Positions 16,320 to 21,819 of a stretch of DNA of 21,819 nt are shown here, in pieces. This DNA comes from Candidatus Parvarchaeum sp. Its GTDB lineage: Archaea; Nanobdellota; Nanobdellia; Parvarchaeales; Parvarchaeaceae. The translations under genes and the position numbers were made by a program. The stretch is from assembly GCA_049965555.1 (NCBI GenBank), contig JBMFWF010000009.1, positions 1-21,819 on the forward strand. Direction: 5' to 3'. Below the pieces are notes generated by a model that saw only the letters and a list, made by a program, of their open reading frames with translations, was not told the DNA's origin and searched no databases. Positions within the stretch are counted from its first letter, which is position 1. The number at the start of each line of letters is the position of its first letter.

Positions 16320-16826
16320 TTAAGGCAGATATTCCCAAAGATAATAATCCTTTTCCCCAATGTATTTTTTTAGCTTTCCGACCTTTCTAAAACCCGCCTT
16401 TTTAAGGAACTTCTTTGATTCTTTGTCTGAAACAAGGGACAGACACTGTATATTGTGTATTTTATGTTTCCTAGCGAAGTCTATAATCTTCTTTAAAATA
16501 GAAAGGCCGATTCCCTGCCGTCTATACTTGTTATCCACAGCTAACAAGTTTACATGAAGAAGCCCGCTTTGGTATAACTCCGATACGCATGCTCCTATTA
16601 TTTTTCCATTGCCGGATTTAGCAGAAAGAATCGGATAGGAATCGGCAGATTTAAAAATAGGGCCATTGTTTTGATATAAGTAAGGATAAGATTCTTGACT
16701 TTTGCTATTCCCAATAGAACTTAATTTAATAAAGTTTCTTAGAAATTTTATGACTTTCCTGCGGTTATTCTGCTCTTTTTCCAAGTTTACTTCAAATTCT
16801 ATTCTTTCCTTAATCTTGAATTCCAT
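16320..16826 (-). CDS. GNAT-family N-acetyltransferase
   Basis: Motif A LAVDNKYRRQGIG and motif B FLKKAGF..VG....Y. Confidence 0.88.
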   Translation of the reverse strand: MEFKIKERIEFEVNLEKEQNNRRKVIKFLRNFIKLSSIGNSKSQESYPYLYQNNGPIFKSADSYPILSAKSGNGKIIGACVSELYQSGLLHVNLLAVDNKYRRQGIGLSILKKIIDFARKHKIHNIQCLSLVSDKESKKFLKKAGFRKVGKLKKYIGEKDYYLWEYLP

Positions 16827-17003
16827 GTTTTAGTTTTTAATAAATTCTATTTTTAATGATTTGATACAGCTGTACTTTTTATAATTTCTTTAGAATTGTA
16901 TAGTTATTATGTCTTTTCAATCTGCCTCATGCCTTTAAATTGTATATTTTATTATTTTTAAGTGATAATAAAGTATTTATATATGCAATTTTCATATAAA
17001 AAT

Positions 17004-17894
17004 ATGGATTTAGCAGAAAATACAAATAAAATAGAGATTATATTGCAAGAAGAACTGCTGTACAAAAGCATTTATAAGTTTTTAAACCATGCAGAGAATG
17101 CTGGATATAGATATTCTGATTTACATACTAACAAGGACAAAAACGAAATAACGTTAACTTTTGGGGATTATAAAAAAAATGGAGAATATTATCGAATAAA
17201 GCTTTCTAATATTTTGTATGAAGATAGTGAAAACAAAAAAACGGTAAAAAGCGACATAAGCCTGGAAAAGCTAATTGGCTACAATGAAAATGACCAAAGC
17301 TACAACAAAATAGAAAATCTCTCAGATAAAAGCACTGTCAATACTAATCCTAGAAGATACACTAGTATTTTCATAAACAAATATAATTTAAGCAAGGCTG
17401 AAAACGCTCCAAAAATAAGAAATTATGATTTAAACAAAGTAGTTCTTTATTCTTTTGCTGCGGCGTATGGTGCAACGGTGGTATCTGCAGTTGATAATAC
17501 TCCGCTTGTGAATAACCCGTATTATGGAGTTTTGCATTTAGGCATGCTTATTGCGCCTTATATACCATTGCAATTCAGCAAGAAAATAAGATCAATACCG
17601 CAGATGTTTAGCTTAGCTCTTGTCTCTTGGGTGGCCAACAGTCTGGCGTATTATCCTATTGGAATGCTTATGGGACATACCGCAGAAAACTTAACAGACG
17701 TGATAAACTTCTATAAATTTCAGATAGGTTTGGGAAGCGGCAATTATGTTGATAAATACGGGCCCTTATCTTTGAGGATAAATTCTCAAACAAAGGCTTT
17801 ATCATATGCTCTAAGGCTCGGATTGGCAGTGATTTTATCAGAAACTGATAAAATCCTTAAGGAAATTAAAAATGGGAAAGGAGGTAAAATATGA
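17004..17894 (+). CDS. Hypothetical membrane protein (soluble N-terminal domain, about 4 C-terminal hydrophobic segments)
   Basis: ORF 16962-17894. The start is more likely ATG 17004 because AAAG-TATTTATA (16970-16981) lies 22 nt upstream. The C-terminal half is hydrophobic. Confidence 0.7.
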   Translation: MDLAENTNKIEIILQEELLYKSIYKFLNHAENAGYRYSDLHTNKDKNEITLTFGDYKKNGEYYRIKLSNILYEDSENKKTVKSDISLEKLIGYNENDQSYNKIENLSDKSTVNTNPRRYTSIFINKYNLSKAENAPKIRNYDLNKVVLYSFAAAYGATVVSAVDNTPLVNNPYYGVLHLGMLIAPYIPLQFSKKIRSIPQMFSLALVSWVANSLAYYPIGMLMGHTAENLTDVINFYKFQIGLGSGNYVDKYGPLSLRINSQTKALSYALRLGLAVILSETDKILKEIKNGKGGKI

Positions 17895-18535
17895 AAAACA
17901 GTAATTTAATGAATCTAATAGAAGAAACTAATAAAGGATCAAAATATGTAAATATTAAATCTCTGCCAAATAGGACAGAACTGGAAAATCAGGGTTATCA
18001 CTTTATAGATGAAAAGGCCTATATAACTGAAATTAGCGCATTCATTTCAATGTCTTATCCGGAAACTGTTGATTTTGCACCTTATTTGGTAATGAAAAGG
18101 AATTTTAAGCACGAATTTGAAGAACTAGGTAAAATAAACGAAATAATACCTGAAAACTCTGTAAAGCCTATTGCGTTAGTGTATGACGATTCAATTTCAA
18201 AAAATTATATAAGAGGGTACATTACAAAAATCGATGGTAGAGTTACCCCTCTTAAAAATTACCTGACTTTAGAAAAAAAAATCAATTCAGGCATTGAAAA
18301 TATAATCGATATAGAAAATCAGCTCTATGCAAGCGTAAACAAACTTAAATCAGCTAAAATATACAGCAAACTTCCAGAAGGTACTTTATCTTTAGATAAT
18401 ATATATGTAACAGAAAAAAATAAAGTGGTTTTAATGAATCTGAATTATTTTCTAGATTTTTCAGATAAAAATCCAAAATACTTAGACAAAGAGCTTAAAA
18501 GAACCATAAGATACATAGAAAAAAGTTTGCCATAA
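17891..18535 (+). CDS. Protein-kinase-like fold protein with degenerate catalytic motifs (probable pseudokinase)
   Basis: Kinase motif order: LVMK, alphaC HEFEEL, KPIALV...GYIT..DG..L..YL, EGTLSLDNIYV (for HGDL..NI.V) and VVLMNL (for LIDF). SD GGAGGT at 17880-17885 and ATGA overlap with the upstream gene. Confidence 0.65.
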   Translation: MKNSNLMNLIEETNKGSKYVNIKSLPNRTELENQGYHFIDEKAYITEISAFISMSYPETVDFAPYLVMKRNFKHEFEELGKINEIIPENSVKPIALVYDDSISKNYIRGYITKIDGRVTPLKNYLTLEKKINSGIENIIDIENQLYASVNKLKSAKIYSKLPEGTLSLDNIYVTEKNKVVLMNLNYFLDFSDKNPKYLDKELKRTIRYIEKSLP

Positions 18536-18602
18536 AAACTGTATACCTCCAAATGCCTCTACATAAAGGATAAATTCGCAGGAGCTAAGATAACTTTACC
18601 AA

Positions 18603-19988
18603 TTAACTAAACAGGAAATTCGTTGGAACAACCTCTATATTATTTGAAGCCCCATACAAAACCACACTATTACCAATTTGAATCACATTTTCAGGCCCTG
18701 CAGCTATTCCTACATACCTCTTATTTATTAATTTTCCGTAGGTATTTATAACGTATAATTCGCCTGCAGAATTAAGAAGCACTATTGAGTTGTTTATTAT
18801 GTTCACATTTGCTGATGTTGGCCCTGTATAAAATTGCCACAAAAGGGTCCCATTACTTGCATTTAAGGCATATAAGACACCTATTGTCGGAGAATCAGAA
18901 TAAACAACTCCGTTATAGCTCGTAAGAGGGGGCAGCTGAATGTAAGGCGAGCTGATATTTCCACGTTCTGGGGTGGTGAAATTCCAGTCTAAATCGCCAG
19001 TGGAATAATTTAAGCCCAAAATACTTATTGTATTATTAAATAAACCAGAAGAGTATCCGGTTATTATTTGGCCATTTGAAAACACTGGGGAGCTATCTTG
19101 CATCCCAAAACTAGAATTAAACTTGTCTACCCAAAGCACTGACATTTTTCTTAGGCTTATCGCATAAAACTTATTTTTAAAATTTTCTTGATAAGAAGGA
19201 GAACCAGAAGAGAAATTAAAAGCAGCTGCTCCAAAATAACCAGTGCCATTGACCACCAAAATAGATGACATCGCACTTTCACTGCTTGTGTTTATTTTTA
19301 TTATAGTCCTGCCATTAGTTGCATTCAAAAAATATAGAATTCCGCTTGAATTACTTATTGGCTTACCTAAGCCAGGAGCTACTACCAAAGTATCGTTATA
19401 GTATACGAAGGTAGGCATATGCTCTGAATCTAGATATCTGGTCCAGATCAATCTTCCGTTCGTAGAATTTACGGCTATAACTCCATTAGAATTTATGTTC
19501 GAGTTGTAAAATGCTGAGCCTAAACCTATGTAAGCTACTCCGTTAAAAACAATCGGCTCAGTCATTACTTGATTATTAAAGTAATCTATCCAGATTATAT
19601 TGCCATTTGTACCATTAACCGCTGCTAACCCTCCCCAATATTGACTAAAATTAATGGACATTGATTCAGAGGAAAGTGGTATTAACAACTCATTTTTATA
19701 ATAAGAAACTGGGCCGAGAACAGATGGATTAGTTGAGCCTAAACCAGAGATAGAGATATTAAAATTTGAAATAGAGCTATTGATAAAATAGAAATGTGAG
19801 CTGCTGTCTTCGAATTGATAAGCAAAAGGTTTTGCAACCAGTTTAGATATAGTCGGATAAATCGAATTGGAATTATTATAATTGTATATATAAATATTAT
19901 AAACATTGCTCATAGATTCAGTATATATATAAAACAGGATCAATAAAAGGGATAATAAAATAATCACGGGCAAAATCCTTATTTTCAT
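18603..19988 (-). CDS. Membrane-anchored PQQ-like/BamB-type beta-propeller surface protein
   Basis: N-terminal hydrophobic anchor and repeated A-x-N-x-x-NG-x-x-x-W blades (AVNGTNGNIIW, AVNSTNGRLIW, GLNYSTGDLDW, ALNASNGTLLW). Confidence 0.85.
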   Translation of the reverse strand: MKIRILPVIILLSLLLILFYIYTESMSNVYNIYIYNYNNSNSIYPTISKLVAKPFAYQFEDSSSHFYFINSSISNFNISISGLGSTNPSVLGPVSYYKNELLIPLSSESMSINFSQYWGGLAAVNGTNGNIIWIDYFNNQVMTEPIVFNGVAYIGLGSAFYNSNINSNGVIAVNSTNGRLIWTRYLDSEHMPTFVYYNDTLVVAPGLGKPISNSSGILYFLNATNGRTIIKINTSSESAMSSILVVNGTGYFGAAAFNFSSGSPSYQENFKNKFYAISLRKMSVLWVDKFNSSFGMQDSSPVFSNGQIITGYSSGLFNNTISILGLNYSTGDLDWNFTTPERGNISSPYIQLPPLTSYNGVVYSDSPTIGVLYALNASNGTLLWQFYTGPTSANVNIINNSIVLLNSAGELYVINTYGKLINKRYVGIAAGPENVIQIGNSVVLYGASNNIEVVPTNFLFS

Positions 19989-20024
19989 AAACTTTAATAC
20001 CAGTAGAGCATTTTAATTTTTGTG

Positions 20025-21819
20025 TTAAGAGACAAACCCGTTTTTACTGTTTATTTGGAACACATCGGAGATTATGTCATTAGTTGGGAAACCAGTATTT
20101 GCCGCACCTTTTTGATCTTCAAAATGCACGTTATAAGGCCACTCGTTTAATGGAGGCAACCCGTAAGGTCCCTTAAAGGTAGCGATTGGACCTTGGACTA
20201 TATTACTTGTAGAGAACACATATGTTTCATCCTTGCCATAGCTTGCAACATAAAGATAATTACCATTCGGAGATAATGTAGCATAATCCAAGGTTTCATC
20301 ATTTAGATTATAGCTATTTTCTAAGGAATATGAAGCAGAGTCAATGGGCCCATACTCATAAACATAACCATTATTCCCGTCTATTACGAAGAATTCGTTA
20401 TATTGATTATCTATCGCAACAACAGGAACATAGTTATTGCTTGTAGTAGCCCCTGGCAATGATGCATAATTATGACTTGAAAGCGATGGCTGTATCACAT
20501 TAAAACCATTGTTTTGTGTTGCTTCTAAATTGGTTCTATACTGGTAAGGAACATATATCCATCCGGATTCACTTATTGAAACTCCATACGCGCCTTTCAT
20601 ACCTATGTCTGTACCCTGTCCTTGACCGTTATTTGTAGTTGGGGTGTTATAAAATTCCCCATAACCTGTAGAATAAATATTATATTCACCACTGACTCCA
20701 TTGAAAAAGGTATTACCCCCCACATCGTAAGTACCAAAACCAAATGTACTATCTGGGCTATCTTGAGCGCATAATCCTTCGGGTATATAAGTTACTGTAG
20801 AAGCCGAAGAGATTTCCTCTAAATAGCAAGTAACTAGATTTTGGTATATTTGGCCGTTTGTATCGCCAGAAGGAGCGAGTAGGACTCCTGAGTAATAACC
20901 GGAACTGTTTTCTCCCGCATAACCATAAGCTACTTCATTACCAGAACCAATGCTGGGTAATGCCGTAACTGTAATTATTTCATCGTCCCCTTGTTGCGGA
21001 TTCCAGGTATATATATTACTTATGGCATTGTTATACGGATTCAAGGTGGCGCTCGTTGTATAATGTGATGTCGAATTCTTACATCTTCCAATTAAATTTA
21101 ATACTCCATTAGGATTAGCAGCACCGCTTACAACATAACCAAAATTACCTGAATTACACGTTGGATATCCTGCACTTATCACATCCGCTAACTCATATTG
21201 CCCAGAATTTGGACTCTCAACGGTTATATTATTAGGGCCCAGAAGATAAAGTTCATTGCAAGTAAAAACTGTTGCAACGCCCGTGTTTCCTGCAGTGACA
21301 GAGTAATCATAACCACTACAGGTTAAAGAACCAGAAATTGAAAGATCTGTATTAGCAACACCTAGACCAGTATTTAGGATTCCATTTGAATTCCCAGTAA
21401 TACTGGTACTTGCTCCATTAAAGTTTACTGACCAGCTCCAGGAATTACTAGAGTAACCGGAACTAGGCAAGCCAGTACCAACAAAAGTAGTAGTACATTG
21501 CCAGGGTATGCTTGATACTGTAGAACCAGCCAATTCTTTTGGAGGGTTGTTTGAGTAACAATCATAAGTCCCAGTAGAAGAGGAATAAGAAAAGCTTCCA
21601 AGTATTGACGGTCCTTGAGAAGATGTGACAACCAAATTTGCGGAAGTTGATCCTGATGCAGAATTACTATCAAAGCTTACAGACCAACCGTCTGGATAAT
21701 CATTTGATAACACAGAATTTGTGTCAAATGTTGTTTGGCAATTCCATGGAACATTGGAAATAGTGCTTCCTGCTAGTGTAGAAGACGAAGAGCTGCAGGA
21801 ATAGCTGTTTATGCTTGTC
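20025..21819 (-). CDS. 3' part of a large Ser/Thr/Gly/Asn-rich surface protein: Cys-paired beta-rich repeats plus a C-terminal YVTN-like propeller
   Basis: The frame stays open from 21713 to the window end (..TSINSYSCSSSSTLAGSTISNVPWNCQTTF..), so the true start is outside the window. Contains repeats C..LAGST....W.C.TTF...WSV.F and propeller blades VAIDNQYNEFFVID and LSPNGNYLYVA. Confidence 0.8.
   Translation of the reverse strand, partial: TSINSYSCSSSSSTLAGSTISNVPWNCQTTFDTNSVLSNDYPDGWSVSFDSNSASGSTSANLVVTSSQGPSILGSFSYSSSTGTYDCYSNNPPKELAGSTVSSIPWQCTTTFVGTGLPSSGYSSNSWSWSVNFNGASTSITGNSNGILNTGLGVANTDLSISGSLTCSGYDYSVTAGNTGVATVFTCNELYLLGPNNITVESPNSGQYELADVISAGYPTCNSGNFGYVVSGAANPNGVLNLIGRCKNSTSHYTTSATLNPYNNAISNIYTWNPQQGDDEIITVTALPSIGSGNEVAYGYAGENSSGYYSGVLLAPSGDTNGQIYQNLVTCYLEEISSASTVTYIPEGLCAQDSPDSTFGFGTYDVGGNTFFNGVSGEYNIYSTGYGEFYNTPTTNNGQGQGTDIGMKGAYGVSISESGWIYVPYQYRTNLEATQNNGFNVIQPSLSSHNYASLPGATTSNNYVPVVAIDNQYNEFFVIDGNNGYVYEYGPIDSASYSLENSYNLNDETLDYATLSPNGNYLYVASYGKDETYVFSTSNIVQGPIATFKGPYGLPPLNEWPYNVHFEDQKGAANTGFPTNDIISDVFQINSKNGFVS

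Noticed and set aside
16962-17003. GTG start at 16962 for the membrane protein
   Set aside because: This segment contains the TATA box, and ATG 17004 fits the leaderless spacing seen elsewhere.
18603-19988. PQQ-dependent dehydrogenase
   Set aside because: Only the structural propeller repeats are recognisable. I see no catalytic motifs of quinoprotein dehydrogenases and no pqq genes.
328-21673. Short antisense or alternate-frame ORFs in the track (e.g. 328-537, 2233-2586, 3480-3836, 7939-8451, 8563-8988, 9468-9818, 15333-15659, 21425-21673)
   Set aside because: They overlap well-supported genes, have no recognisable motifs and show shadow-frame composition.
1-21819. CRISPR array, tRNA, rRNA, integrase or provirus
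   Set aside because: No regularly spaced repeats, cloverleaf or T-loop motifs, rRNA-like tracts or intact recombinase or viral genes were seen by eye.

Overview
AT-rich, tightly packed archaeal chromosomal window. Archaeal origin is supported by BRE/TATA boxes about 22-25 nt before leaderless ATGs, GGAGGT(GA) Shine-Dalgarno sites on internal operon genes, a KaiC/RAD55 plus V4R pair and Thermoplasmatales/ARMAN-type surface repeats. An acidophilic DPANN lineage such as Parvarchaeota or Micrarchaeota is my inference, not a database result. In order it contains: a COG1373 AAA+ ATPase; a decayed LamG gene abutting a probable IS200/IS605-type end remnant; a small membrane protein-MFS-sua5 operon; an EhpF-like adenylate-forming protein convergent with a translationally coupled KaiC-like ATPase-V4R-PaaK/F390-synthetase-like operon (the best candidate for an undescribed small-molecule sensing or signalling system); a triply disrupted SPFH/stomatin pseudogene; a NitT/TauT ABC transporter whose AAA_assoc_C domain is a separate gene on the opposite strand; a transglutaminase-like protein; an MFS divergent from a GH15 hydrolase; a USP; a GNAT; a membrane protein coupled to a pseudokinase; a PQQ-type beta-propeller glycoprotein; and the 3' part of a large repeat-containing surface protein. 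I saw no rRNA, tRNA or CRISPR array. Family calls come from motif recognition by eye and from memory, without database searches.
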